This document shows, in pieces, positions 41,688-50,724 of a stretch of 64,000 bases of DNA. How positions within the stretch are numbered: position 1 is the first letter of the stretch; every line of letters starts with the position of its first letter. The translations under genes were made by a program, and so were the position numbers. The stretch is from Alphaproteobacteria bacterium (GTDB taxonomy: Bacteria; Pseudomonadota; Alphaproteobacteria; MPNO01; UBA830). The notes below the pieces were generated by a model. It ran no database searches and had not been told where the DNA came from. It saw nothing but the letters and a program-made list of their open reading frames with translations. Location of the stretch: NCBI GenBank assembly GCA_964291215.2, contig OZ219790.1:2530588-2594587 (forward strand). Reading direction: 5' to 3'.

Positions 41688-42493
41688 TGCGGATCCCCGG
41701 TTACGAGTGGCGTCCACCGCGCGACATCCGGGTCGAGGCGCGCTTCCGCCCGGACCGCCGCCAGCGCCTCGCCGATCCTCATCGTCCGGCCGCCGCCGCT
41801 GACGGCGACGCGCTCGATGGCAATTTCCGGCGCCGACGCCATCCGTGCCAGATGCAGGCGGCGCCACAGGATCACCCCTTCGAATGTCCGGTTCAGGCGA
41901 TCGAGATCGGCTGCGAAGATGTCGTCCGCGAGTACCTCGCCGCGCTTCCACCCCTCTTCGAGCCACCGCCGCCACGCCTCCTCCTCGCCGGCGCTCCGCG
42001 GGAACAGCACCGCGGCCGGGGGATCGGGCGCCGGCCATGCGCGGAGCAGGAAGTCGCGCCAGTGCGGCGGCGCGCTCACCAGCCGGCCGGGCTCGAGGAT
42101 GCGGATCACGCGGCGCGCCCGCGCCGCCCGCGCGCCATCCTTGTCGAGGCGGAACGCGCGCTCCGTCCGGCCCGCGACCGGGGGCATCACCGTGAAGTCG
42201 CCTACCTCCAGCATCAGCTCGCGGAAACGGTAGACCCGGGAGAGCTGGGCGGCAAGACGCTCCACCATCGCCGAGATTTCGGCGCCGCGCCGCGCGAGGC
42301 CGGCACGGGCGGCGAACGCCAGCGCCGCGGTCCGCATCGCGGTATGCCGCTTCCCCTCTGCGATCCCGGCGTCCGCTTCGCGCTGCGGCGTCATCTCGAG
42401 AAGCGCGTTGAGCGTCGGCGGGCCGGTGTCCCCGGCGAGCGCCGGGAACGCGGCAAAGAATGCGGCCGTAGCCGCCATCAGACGGGAGGTCAT
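41684..42493 (-). CDS. dotC: DotC/TraI-family type IVB secretion protein
   Basis: LSRVYRFRELM..VMPPV..LVSAPPHWRDFL..GWKRG..A..IF..DLDRL.R.F.G. Confidence 0.8.
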   Translation of the reverse strand: MTSRLMAATAAFFAAFPALAGDTGPPTLNALLEMTPQREADAGIAEGKRHTAMRTAALAFAARAGLARRGAEISAMVERLAAQLSRVYRFRELMLEVGDFTVMPPVAGRTERAFRLDKDGARAARARRVIRILEPGRLVSAPPHWRDFLLRAWPAPDPPAAVLFPRSAGEEEAWRRWLEEGWKRGEVLADDIFAADLDRLNRTFEGVILWRRLHLARMASAPEIAIERVAVSGGGRTMRIGEALAAVRAEARLDPDVARWTPLVTGDPQ

Positions 42494-42984
42494 GACGCCG
42501 TTTTGGACGGCGGCAGCCAGTCGAGGCGGACTTGTAGTCGGTCGGCATCGACGGTCAACAGGGCGTGCGCGCCGGCCTGGAGGCCGGCGTCGCGAAGGAG
42601 ATCGATGAGTCGCCGGCTCTGCCCGCCGACGACGACGATGACCGGCCGCGCCGGCGTTGCCCCCGCGGTACCGAAACGGTAGCCGGCGAACCCGGCAAGC
42701 TTTCCGGCGAGAGCTTCCAGGGGCCCGATCCAGTCGAGGGTTATCCGCCGAAGGAGTGCCGGCGGGACCACGCGGGGCGCCGGAGCGGGCTCTTTCGGCG
42801 CAGCGCCCGAGCGGATGCGTGCCAGCGCAGCGAGCGCGGCCTCGGCCCGTACCGCCGCCTCGACCAAGCGCAACTCAGCGATGTCCGGAGGCGCTGCCGC
42901 CGGCGGCGGGGTGTCACGGGGCGAGCCGATGCAGCCCGGGACGAGAATGGCGGCGGCCAGCGCCGCCGCGCGCAAGCCCGTCAC
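42490..42984 (-). CDS. dotD: DotD/TraH-family lipoprotein
   Basis: Lipobox VPGC; ITLDWIGPLE..AGYRF..LLRDAGLQAG. Confidence 0.8.
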   Translation of the reverse strand: MTGLRAAALAAAILVPGCIGSPRDTPPPAAAPPDIAELRLVEAAVRAEAALAALARIRSGAAPKEPAPAPRVVPPALLRRITLDWIGPLEALAGKLAGFAGYRFGTAGATPARPVIVVVGGQSRRLIDLLRDAGLQAGAHALLTVDADRLQVRLDWLPPSKTAS

Positions 42985-44195
42985 GGCACCGTCCCGGCGT
43001 TGCCGACGACGAGGTGGCGGTTGGCCCGATGCGCGGTCGCAACAAGGGCGCGGCGGGTCGCAGGCGCGGCGAGAAGGAGGTCGACCGCGCCGAGAAACGT
43101 CCCCTCCATGCGCGCCTCTGCGTTGACGCTGAAAGCCTGTCGGGCCGTCCAGACGACCGACCAGCCGGCTCTCGCCGCCCATGCCCTGAGCACGTCCTCA
43201 ACGGTTCCGTGGATTCCGGGATCGACCGTCCACGGTCCGGATTCGGCGGCGCCGGTCTTCTGTTCGGCGTCGCGATAGCGGAAGAAGACGATTGCGCCGT
43301 CCTGCCATTCCCATGCATAACCTGTACGTGTGGCGATGCGGTCGAGCAGCGCCGGAAGGGTGCCGCGGAAGCGGAGCCTGAGCGCCGCCGGCGCCGGCAG
43401 ATCCACCGCGCCGCCGGCGACGCGCGGCGGGCGGTCCTCGATCTTCACCGGCGCGGCGGCGAGTTCCGAGAGGCGTCCCGCCAGCGCTGCGAGCGTTGTC
43501 GGGCGTTCTTCGCGGAGCGCGAATTCTGTCGTGGCGAGGTGCGCAGGCAGCGCGCGGGACGGTACGGGCGTCAACCGGGTTGCCGGGATGCGGTCGCCGC
43601 CGGGTGTCCGCGGTTCCGGAACGGCGGTGATCGGGGCGTCGGCCTCGTGCGCTGCGGCCCTTACGGCATCGGCGCCGGAGGTCGCGGCCTTGCCGAGTCC
43701 GCCCGCCTCGACGATGCCGGCGTTGAGGCCGACGAACACCACCATCGCGCCAGCCGCCATTCCCGGGCCGAGCGGGCAGTAGCCGCGGCATACGGGCCGG
43801 CCGCGGCGGCGCTGCAGGAAAACGCGGTAGGCGAGAGCGAGAAGCGAGCCCAGCAGTAGCGCCCAGCCGAGGCCGAGGGGGCCGAGCACGGCGCCGAAAG
43901 CGCCGAACATCATCGCATCGCCCGGGAATATTGGCCACTTGCGCCGCCGCCGGTGTGCGATAGCGATCGGGATCGCGACGATCGCAGTCCCGATTGCGGC
44001 GCCGGCCAGCGCTTCTCCGGCCGACCCTGGCGTGGCCACCCTGTCCGATGCGAGCAGGAGCCACAGGAGTCCGGCGCTCAGGAGGAGCGCCACATGGCCG
44101 GGCTCGACGGTCATGTGGCGCGCATCGTTCACGGCGATTGCGGCCATCGCCGCCAGCACCGGCACCATCAGAAAGAGGTCATTGGCGTTCATCAT
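42981..44195 (-). CDS. A24 prepilin peptidase fused to N-domain/TcpQ-like periplasmic modules
   Basis: AIAVNDARH and FPGDAMM aspartates, PLGPGM; then FRGTLPALLDRIATRTGYAWEW and GTVEDVLRAWAARAGWSVVW. Confidence 0.7.
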   Translation of the reverse strand: MMNANDLFLMVPVLAAMAAIAVNDARHMTVEPGHVALLLSAGLLWLLLASDRVATPGSAGEALAGAAIGTAIVAIPIAIAHRRRRKWPIFPGDAMMFGAFGAVLGPLGLGWALLLGSLLALAYRVFLQRRRGRPVCRGYCPLGPGMAAGAMVVFVGLNAGIVEAGGLGKAATSGADAVRAAAHEADAPITAVPEPRTPGGDRIPATRLTPVPSRALPAHLATTEFALREERPTTLAALAGRLSELAAAPVKIEDRPPRVAGGAVDLPAPAALRLRFRGTLPALLDRIATRTGYAWEWQDGAIVFFRYRDAEQKTGAAESGPWTVDPGIHGTVEDVLRAWAARAGWSVVWTARQAFSVNAEARMEGTFLGAVDLLLAAPATRRALVATAHRANRHLVVGNAGTVP

Positions 44196-44539
44196 TTTCC
44201 TTTCCCCGGGATTCGGGTTCCGCGGAAGGTTGCCCGAAGGAGCGGGCACCACGCCGCGATCGCGGCCTCGCGGCAGAGTGCCGGAGACAATGCTGCGGGA
44301 GGCATGCCGGTCCCGGCGCGGGCTCGGTTCCATGCCAGCAGCGCGGCCTGGGCGTCGCGGAGCGCGGCGAGCCGCGCGATCTCGGCGCGCATGTCCTCGA
44401 TCGCACCGAGAGCTCGCCGGTGCGCCGGTTCCGGATCCACGTGACCTACCTTCGCCCCGATGCCGTCGGCTGCCGGGGCCGCGCCGAGGACGGCGAGAGC
44501 GAGTGCCGCCGCGGCACCCGTGCGGGACATTCTCAGCAT
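44192..44539 (-). CDS. Small secreted hypothetical protein
   Basis: Signal peptide, coiled coil, two Cys; overlaps both neighbours. Confidence 0.55.
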   Translation of the reverse strand: MLRMSRTGAAAALALAVLGAAPAADGIGAKVGHVDPEPAHRRALGAIEDMRAEIARLAALRDAQAALLAWNRARAGTGMPPAALSPALCREAAIAAWCPLLRATFRGTRIPGKGK

Positions 44540-45648
44540 CCCGTGCATGAGCCGACCAGGAGTGTGCTGAACCCTGCCTCCCGGGCCTCGATGCGGTGGG
44601 TGGCGCGAACGCTCCGGACCGTCGCCGACGATGCCGAAACGGCGCCCGCGGCGACGGTGCGGGCGGTGACGCTGGTACTCTGGAGAGACGCGACCGTGGC
44701 GCTTCCCGCGGCGATCGCGCCGGCGGCGCCGATCGATGCCGCCGTCACCGCGCCAGTGGCGGTTATTGATGCTGCCCGCACGTCTCCAGCGGCGGTGAGC
44801 GAAGCGCTTTCGACGGCCCCCGCGAACCGCGCGGCGCCCGCCCGCACTTCGCCCGCGATCGCGGCCGCGCCGGAGGTGCGCACCGCCTGTCCGACGACGA
44901 GGTCGCCGGTGACCGAGATGTCGCCGCCGATTTCGAGGTCGCCCGAGACCACGAGGCTCCGGGCTTCGAATGCGGCGGCGTTGCTGATGTCATGGCCGCC
45001 CATGTCGAGATCGGTTTCCATGCGGTTGGCCTCGGGAAAGCCCGGCACCGGAACGCGGTAGAGCTGGCTGCCATAGACGGAGCTATGGTCGAAGCGGCGG
45101 AAAACCGCGAGGGCGCCCGCCGCCGGCGCGCCGGAGAAGACCGACTGGAAGCGCCGGATGTCGGCGCGGATCGCGGGACCGGCAAGGCGGGTCGGCGCAT
45201 CGGGCGCCACGAGGCCGAGTCGGACATCGCCGCGGCTTTCGAGAAGGCCGGACCAGGGAAGCGCGCCGTCGCCGGCGGAGATCGCTTCCGTGACGACGAT
45301 GTCGAACGCGTCGGCGGGCGCAACGAGCACCAGGATGCGGTAGCCCCGCCCGAGCGCGTCGATGTCGGCGAATCCGTCGGCGAGCGCGCCTGCCGTTCGA
45401 AGGTCCGCCAGCGTCAACTCGAACGGCGCCGACCGGGCGCGGGCCAGGAGATCCGGGAACCCGGCCGAGGCATAGCTCTTTACTGCCGCAGCGAGGGCGA
45501 GGACCTGGGTCGCAGCCAGCCGGGCGCGCCGGTCCTGGGTGTGCGACTCGAAGAACGTGACCGCTGCGAGGACCATCATGCCGAGGAGGCCGAGGGCAAG
45601 CAGCGAGCCGAAGAGGCCAAGTCCGCGGCGATATCGCGCCCTCAGCAT
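44533..45648 (-). CDS. pilV: PilV-like type IVb minor pilin/adhesin with beta-repeat tail
   Basis: RRG|LGLFGSLL leader; TLADLRTAGAL..DALGRGY; QLYRVPVPGFPEANRMETDLDMGGHDI; ends VGSCTGC. Confidence 0.75.
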   Translation of the reverse strand: MLRARYRRGLGLFGSLLALGLLGMMVLAAVTFFESHTQDRRARLAATQVLALAAAVKSYASAGFPDLLARARSAPFELTLADLRTAGALADGFADIDALGRGYRILVLVAPADAFDIVVTEAISAGDGALPWSGLLESRGDVRLGLVAPDAPTRLAGPAIRADIRRFQSVFSGAPAAGALAVFRRFDHSSVYGSQLYRVPVPGFPEANRMETDLDMGGHDISNAAAFEARSLVVSGDLEIGGDISVTGDLVVGQAVRTSGAAAIAGEVRAGAARFAGAVESASLTAAGDVRAASITATGAVTAASIGAAGAIAAGSATVASLQSTSVTARTVAAGAVSASSATVRSVRATHRIEAREAGFSTLLVGSCTGC

Positions 45649-46724
45649 CCGAAACACCTTCCGACGCGCATGGTGCTGTGGATCTCGGCATGCGGTCCGT
45701 ATATGTCCTGAAGGCTGGCGCTTCCGACAGCGAGGGCGGCGGTCGAGGTGACGCTCTCCCCGTCGAGCCCATCGACCGAGAGTGCGTCGGCAATCCCGGT
45801 GTCCGTCGACACCGCCAGCGTGGTTGCGGTGAGCGCGTCGGACGCCGCTCCCGACGCGGCTTCGAGGCGGCCCGTGCTGCGGACGGCGCCTGCGCCGAGG
45901 GCGCCGGTGATCGCTTGGCCGACCAGGAGCGCGCCGGAGACAGTGAGCTCCGATCCGGTGAGTTCGCGGACGGCAAGCCCGGCCGCCGAGAGGTCGCGCG
46001 CCACGGCGATACCCGACACCTCCACAGCGCCCGCCGCTGCTCCCGCCGACCGCGCCGACCGCGCTGCGGCCGTGCCGCCGTCCGCGACGGTCCGTCCGCC
46101 GGCATTGAGGCCGGTCTCCATGCGGTTGAGCCACGGACGCCCCGGCTGCGGACGGCGATGGAGGACGCGGTCGTCGAGGCGCACGCCCGCGTCAGCGGTC
46201 ACGTAGGCTGCGCCGCGGAGCAGCGGCCGGCCGATTATGGTCTCGATGGCCGGCCTGTGCGCCTCGATCGCCGAGCCCGGCCGGTCGGGTGCCGCGAGTT
46301 CCTCCAGCCCGTTGGCGAGAGCGCCGTTCTGCATCGCCGCGGCGAGACTGTCATCGTCCGGTTCGAGAACGCCGAAGGCCATGGCGATGCCGTTGCCGTC
46401 ATCCATGATCCCGACGGTGACGGCGCTCCCCTCCGGGCCGGGAAGGCCCGGCGGGACCGTCTCAAGGCCGCGGAGTTCGGCCGGGGAGACCGTGAATCCG
46501 GGAACGATGGCAAGGCGCGCCGAGAAGTCCCGTTCCTGGCTCGCCCTGTGTGCGGCGAGAAACCATGCGGCGAAAACGCCGCCCGCCGCCCGCGCGCGGG
46601 CCTCGCGCCCGGCCCGGTGTTCGGCCGCGTAATGGAACGACAGCGCGGTTCCCGCGAAGGCCGTGAGGAGAAGCACGGCCACCAACGCCCCGGCGCCGCG
46701 GAAATATCGACGGGTGCGCATCAT
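45642..46724 (-). CDS. Second PilV-like protein
   Basis: FRG|AGALV leader; LHRRPQPGRPWLNRMETGLNAGG; ends VGRCFGC. Confidence 0.65.
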   Translation of the reverse strand: MMRTRRYFRGAGALVAVLLLTAFAGTALSFHYAAEHRAGREARARAAGGVFAAWFLAAHRASQERDFSARLAIVPGFTVSPAELRGLETVPPGLPGPEGSAVTVGIMDDGNGIAMAFGVLEPDDDSLAAAMQNGALANGLEELAAPDRPGSAIEAHRPAIETIIGRPLLRGAAYVTADAGVRLDDRVLHRRPQPGRPWLNRMETGLNAGGRTVADGGTAAARSARSAGAAAGAVEVSGIAVARDLSAAGLAVRELTGSELTVSGALLVGQAITGALGAGAVRSTGRLEAASGAASDALTATTLAVSTDTGIADALSVDGLDGESVTSTAALAVGSASLQDIYGPHAEIHSTMRVGRCFGC

Positions 46725-47302
46725 CCGAAGGTGAAGCCGATATCGTTGGCGCCGTTGCCGTCATCGCAGTTGGCGGTGACCTGGGCGATGGTCACCGGCG
46801 CGTTGAGTGCCGTGCCGTTGATAGTCAGCGAGACGATACCAGCGCGCGCGCGGCTGCGGCCGGCATAGGCGTCGCCCATCGCGGCGCAGACCTCGTCGTC
46901 GATGTCCTTGAAGGTGATCCGGAACCGGTTGGTCGCTCCCGCGGGGCCGCCGGTGATGGTCACCAGGCCGCCGAAGGCGTGGCGTATCCGGGTTGCGCCG
47001 CCGGTCACGATGCGGGCGTGGTCGGGTATGCCGCCGCGCCGGTCGACGGTCGGAACGAGATCGGTATCCTTGCCGTAGCTCGGCGCCGCGGCATACACCG
47101 ATTCGACGTTCGCCCGGAGTGCGTTCAGGAGCGCGAGGCTCTCCGAGCGGTTGGCAGACTCGCGGGCCGAATTGTAGATGCCGATGGCCCCGACGGTCAC
47201 CACCGCAGCCAGCGTCAGCCCGAGGAGAACTCCGAACAGGCTGAAGCCGCGCCGATAGCGGCGCTGGCGGAATAGGGAAGCGGGCGAAATGATGTGTCTC
47301 AT
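46721..47302 (-). CDS. pilS: Type IVb major pilin (PilS-like)
   Basis: RRG|FSLFGVLL; RANVESVY..Y; HAFGGLVTI..F.ITF..I...VC; C-terminal Cys pair. Confidence 0.8.
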   Translation of the reverse strand: MRHIISPASLFRQRRYRRGFSLFGVLLGLTLAAVVTVGAIGIYNSARESANRSESLALLNALRANVESVYAAAPSYGKDTDLVPTVDRRGGIPDHARIVTGGATRIRHAFGGLVTITGGPAGATNRFRITFKDIDDEVCAAMGDAYAGRSRARAGIVSLTINGTALNAPVTIAQVTANCDDGNGANDIGFTFG

Positions 47303-47318
47303 GGCTGGTCTCCTTGCG

Positions 47319-48371
47319 TCAGCGGTGTGCCGTGGCCTGTTCGAGGATTGAGAACATCGCGTCGATGCCGGTTGCCAGGACCAGCGTCACCGCGATGAGG
47401 AGCGCTCCGTTCAGCGCCGCGGCGCGTGTCCGCAGCGTTGTCTCGGACCGCGATATCCAGCGGTCGACGAAGCGCGAAAGCTTGCGTTCCCAGTTCCTGG
47501 TGCCGTCGAGCGCGGCGATCACGGGGATCAGCGCCGGCTCCGGAAAACCGTGGCCAGCGAGCACCATGCTCTCGCCGAGCCCGGCGCCACGCGCCATGTG
47601 GGCCTGGATGCGGCCGATGCGGTGGCGGACATACGGGGACGTTGCGCGCTTGATCTCCTCGAAGGCGCGCTCGTTGAGGTCGATGCCGGCGCGCAGGAAT
47701 TCGAGGACGACGAACAGGAAGGCCGAGCCGGTCAGCATGCGGTAGAGCGAGAACGGCGCCACCCGGTCGCAGAGCACGCGGCCGGGGCCGGTCCAGGCCA
47801 CGGTCGCCGCCGCCAGCGATGCGCCAAACACGCCGCAGAGCACGGCGAAGCGGAGCGGATTGGCATGGAGCCAGGTCGCGGAGGTGCGGAACAGGCGCGC
47901 GGCCGGGCTCCAGTTCTCGGGCGGGCTTACGGTCTCGAGGACCGGTATGAAGTGTCCGCCCGCGGCCCACAGCAGCACGGTCACGCCGGCGGCCAGGACC
48001 AGCGGCATCGCTATTGCCTTCCACACCGCCGAGAGCTGGCGGTCGCGCAGCTCGGCGACCCTGGCCGCGGCTGCGAACAGCAGCGCGGCGTCTATGCGGC
48101 CGTAGGCGCGGAAGATCATCGCCTCGGCGGCCGGAACCCATCGCCCGGCAGTGTCGGCGAAGCGGTCGGCAAGGAGCGCACGGCGCCAGCGGGCGAGGAT
48201 CCGCGCGCGCACGGCATGTCCCTCGTCGCGCGCCGTCCGCGCCGCGATCTCGAGCGCGCCCTCGAGCGCGAAATCCGCCTCGAGGAGGTCAGCTATCAGG
48301 CGGTAGCAGTCGACCCGAGCCCTGCGTCCGAGCACGATCTCGAGCCAAGCCCTGCGCCAGAGCCCCGTCAT
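47319..48371 (-). CDS. pilR: Type IVb pilus inner-membrane platform (PilR/GspF family)
   Basis: WVPAAEAMI, PFSLYRMLTGSAFL, G..LGESM..AGHGFP; three TM segments. Confidence 0.8.
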   Translation of the reverse strand: MTGLWRRAWLEIVLGRRARVDCYRLIADLLEADFALEGALEIAARTARDEGHAVRARILARWRRALLADRFADTAGRWVPAAEAMIFRAYGRIDAALLFAAAARVAELRDRQLSAVWKAIAMPLVLAAGVTVLLWAAGGHFIPVLETVSPPENWSPAARLFRTSATWLHANPLRFAVLCGVFGASLAAATVAWTGPGRVLCDRVAPFSLYRMLTGSAFLFVVLEFLRAGIDLNERAFEEIKRATSPYVRHRIGRIQAHMARGAGLGESMVLAGHGFPEPALIPVIAALDGTRNWERKLSRFVDRWISRSETTLRTRAAALNGALLIAVTLVLATGIDAMFSILEQATAHR

Positions 48372-49975
48372 CGTGGGTCCCCGCTGCGGACGCCGCCGTC
48401 CGGGCCGTCATCCGGACTGCTGTCCGCGGTTTCGAGGTGGGCGCCCTTGAGTGCCGCGTCGAAGGGATCGGCGAGGCCGCCGGCGACAAGATCGCGGATC
48501 CGGTTGCTGATCGGCACGCCACCGAGGTGGCTCTGCCAGTACTCCCAGGCGCCGGCGGGGTCGCGGGCGCGAACGAACGAGAGATAGCCGGCGTCGGGCC
48601 GGATCATTTCGGCGACGGCGGTCTGGCGCTCGTAGCCGTTCCAGGCGCGGCGCGCGACGGGGTCGCCGCGGCTGCAGGCGGCGCAGCCCGCCGGGTTGCG
48701 GAACCGCACCGACGGCCACTGCTCGAGCTGCGCCGCGAGGCGGGATGGCAGCGGACGGCCGCCGGCCGGCGCCGCGAGCGCGCAGGCGCTGCAGAGGCGG
48801 GGGATGAGCGTCTGCTTCATCAGCAGCTTGATGTTGTCCGGTTTGCACACCTCAGCGGTCCCCACCCCCATGTCGAGGAGCCGGAACAGGATGGCGTTCG
48901 CCGAATGGACGTGGATTGTCGTCCACACCTGGTGGCCGGTGTCGATGAACTGGAGGACCTGGCGGGCGGCGTCGGCGTCGCGGATCTCGGAGACCATGCC
49001 GCTCGCCGGATGGACACGGCAGAAATGCATCAGCGCTTCCTCGAAGTGGCGGCTGCGCTCGTTGCCCGAACCCGTGGTCGGCACCGCGATCTGGAGGGCG
49101 CCGTCGATCGGGTATTCGACCGGATCCTCGATCGTCACCACGTTGAGCTGGCCGCCCATCTCGGCCATCTGCAGCATGAGGTTGGTCGCCAGCGTCGTCG
49201 ACTTGCCGTCGCCGGCGGTGCCGCCGAGGAAGATGCCGCCATGAAGCGACATGCGGATCTCGGCGAAGGTCGCGGCCTCGGAGGGCGACAGGCCGAGCTC
49301 CTCGAGTGTCATGCCGGGCCGGATCTGATCGCGGTAGAACAGGCGCGCGAACAGGTGGTCACCATTGGGCTCGTGCGGGCCGCGCTGGCAGCGGAGCGCC
49401 GTGACGCCCGCGGGCAGGGGCACGCGGCCGCCGGCGCGGACCGAGAATCCCTGGAACGCGGCGCGCTGGTAGCTGGTCTGGGCCGAGCCCTCGTCCTTGC
49501 TGTGGAACAGGAACCCGGTCATTTCGCGTCCCTGCTCGGCGGGAACGGAAGATGCCAGTTCGAGCTTGCGGTCGTTGACGATGCCGTGGATTCGGCAAAT
49601 TCCGCCCGCCGTCTCGAACACGATGTCGCTCGCGCGCGCCGCCGCCGCCTCCCCGAGGAAACGCCCGAGACGCCGGGCAATGGCATCGTTCTCGCCCCCG
49701 GCAGCCCCGGCCGGGGCCCTGTCCCAGCAGGCGGCAATCTTCTCCGGCGTCGCCGTCTCCTCGGCGAGATGCTGGGCTATGACGCCCTCGTCGCGGAGCG
49801 CGAGGAGCGTTGCGCGCAGACGGCTGTCGGCCTCGTACCCCGGCGCGATCAGGCAGCGGCCGTCGGCGAACACGGCGCAGACCCGCCGGAAGCGTTCGTC
49901 CATCGCGGGCGCGCGTACCGGGAGGTCCGCTCTGCCGGGCGCCGCGCCGGAGCCATTGCGGGCAAGGAGCCTCAT
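48368..49975 (-). CDS. pilQ: Type IVb pilus assembly ATPase (PilQ/GspE family)
   Basis: ASDI, GGTAGDGKSTTL, TIEDPVEY, SEIRD, TGHQVWTTIH, CSAC..CAAC. Confidence 0.88.
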   Translation of the reverse strand: MRLLARNGSGAAPGRADLPVRAPAMDERFRRVCAVFADGRCLIAPGYEADSRLRATLLALRDEGVIAQHLAEETATPEKIAACWDRAPAGAAGGENDAIARRLGRFLGEAAAARASDIVFETAGGICRIHGIVNDRKLELASSVPAEQGREMTGFLFHSKDEGSAQTSYQRAAFQGFSVRAGGRVPLPAGVTALRCQRGPHEPNGDHLFARLFYRDQIRPGMTLEELGLSPSEAATFAEIRMSLHGGIFLGGTAGDGKSTTLATNLMLQMAEMGGQLNVVTIEDPVEYPIDGALQIAVPTTGSGNERSRHFEEALMHFCRVHPASGMVSEIRDADAARQVLQFIDTGHQVWTTIHVHSANAILFRLLDMGVGTAEVCKPDNIKLLMKQTLIPRLCSACALAAPAGGRPLPSRLAAQLEQWPSVRFRNPAGCAACSRGDPVARRAWNGYERQTAVAEMIRPDAGYLSFVRARDPAGAWEYWQSHLGGVPISNRIRDLVAGGLADPFDAALKGAHLETADSSPDDGPDGGVRSGDPR

Positions 49976-50724
49976 GGCGCGCCCAGCCACGGCCGGTAGG
50001 GAAGGCGCGCCGCGCGCGCACCGCCGGTGCGGACGCCGGGCGGACGCGCCCTGATCTCCTCGATCCGCGTCTTCCCGGGAAGCTCGTCGCCCTCGCGGAC
50101 GAACCAGGTCTTCGCACCGTCGCTGATACCGGCCTGGAGCCGGCCCGGACGGCCGATGATCGAGAACCATGCATAGGCGGGCGCCGCCGGGCGCGCGGCT
50201 GCGTTCGCCCTGGCGTCCGCCACGATGTCGGTGTCGGCCCGGACCGGCGGAGCGGTCCAGGCGGCGGGCCTGTTCACCGGGGGCGGAGGATCCGCGACCC
50301 GGGCGGCCGACCGGAGCTCGGCTTCGAGACGGAGGATCTCGCCGATCACCTTCTGGCGGTCGCGGCACATCGCGAGGACCTCGCGCTCGATCGCGAGCGC
50401 GGAAACGGTATCAGCCCGGCCCGCCGCCTCGGCGAACAGTGCGCCGAGAAGGTCGCGCGGACATTCGGGAAGCATGGCGGGCCGGTTTTGCGCTTTCCGT
50501 CCGCTGCCGGGGTTCCGCGCCGGGCGTTCACGGAGAAGGCGCACGAGGGGGCTGTCGTGGCCGGCGCCGGACGCGACCGGCAGATCCCGGGCGCGGGATG
50601 CGGGGTCCGCGGACATCTCCGGCGCGGCCGGGAGCAATGACGGGTCTGCGGCCTGGGCCGCCGCCGCGATCGGCTCGGCGAGCAGCGCCACCGCGCAGGC
50701 CGCGATGCGAAGGCCCGCCCTCAC
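49972..50724 (-). CDS. pilP: PilP-like type IVb pilus biogenesis protein
   Basis: Signal peptide, coiled coil, FSIIGRPGRLQA..VREGDELPG. Confidence 0.6.
   Translation of the reverse strand: MRAGLRIAACAVALLAEPIAAAAQAADPSLLPAAPEMSADPASRARDLPVASGAGHDSPLVRLLRERPARNPGSGRKAQNRPAMLPECPRDLLGALFAEAAGRADTVSALAIEREVLAMCRDRQKVIGEILRLEAELRSAARVADPPPPVNRPAAWTAPPVRADTDIVADARANAAARPAAPAYAWFSIIGRPGRLQAGISDGAKTWFVREGDELPGKTRIEEIRARPPGVRTGGARAARLPYRPWLGAP

Noticed and set aside
39643-42984. Legionella-type effector-translocating Dot/Icm or Vibrio TCP virulence locus
   Set aside because: Gene order matches conjugative IncI-like modules; no effectors, IcmS/W or toxin genes are seen.
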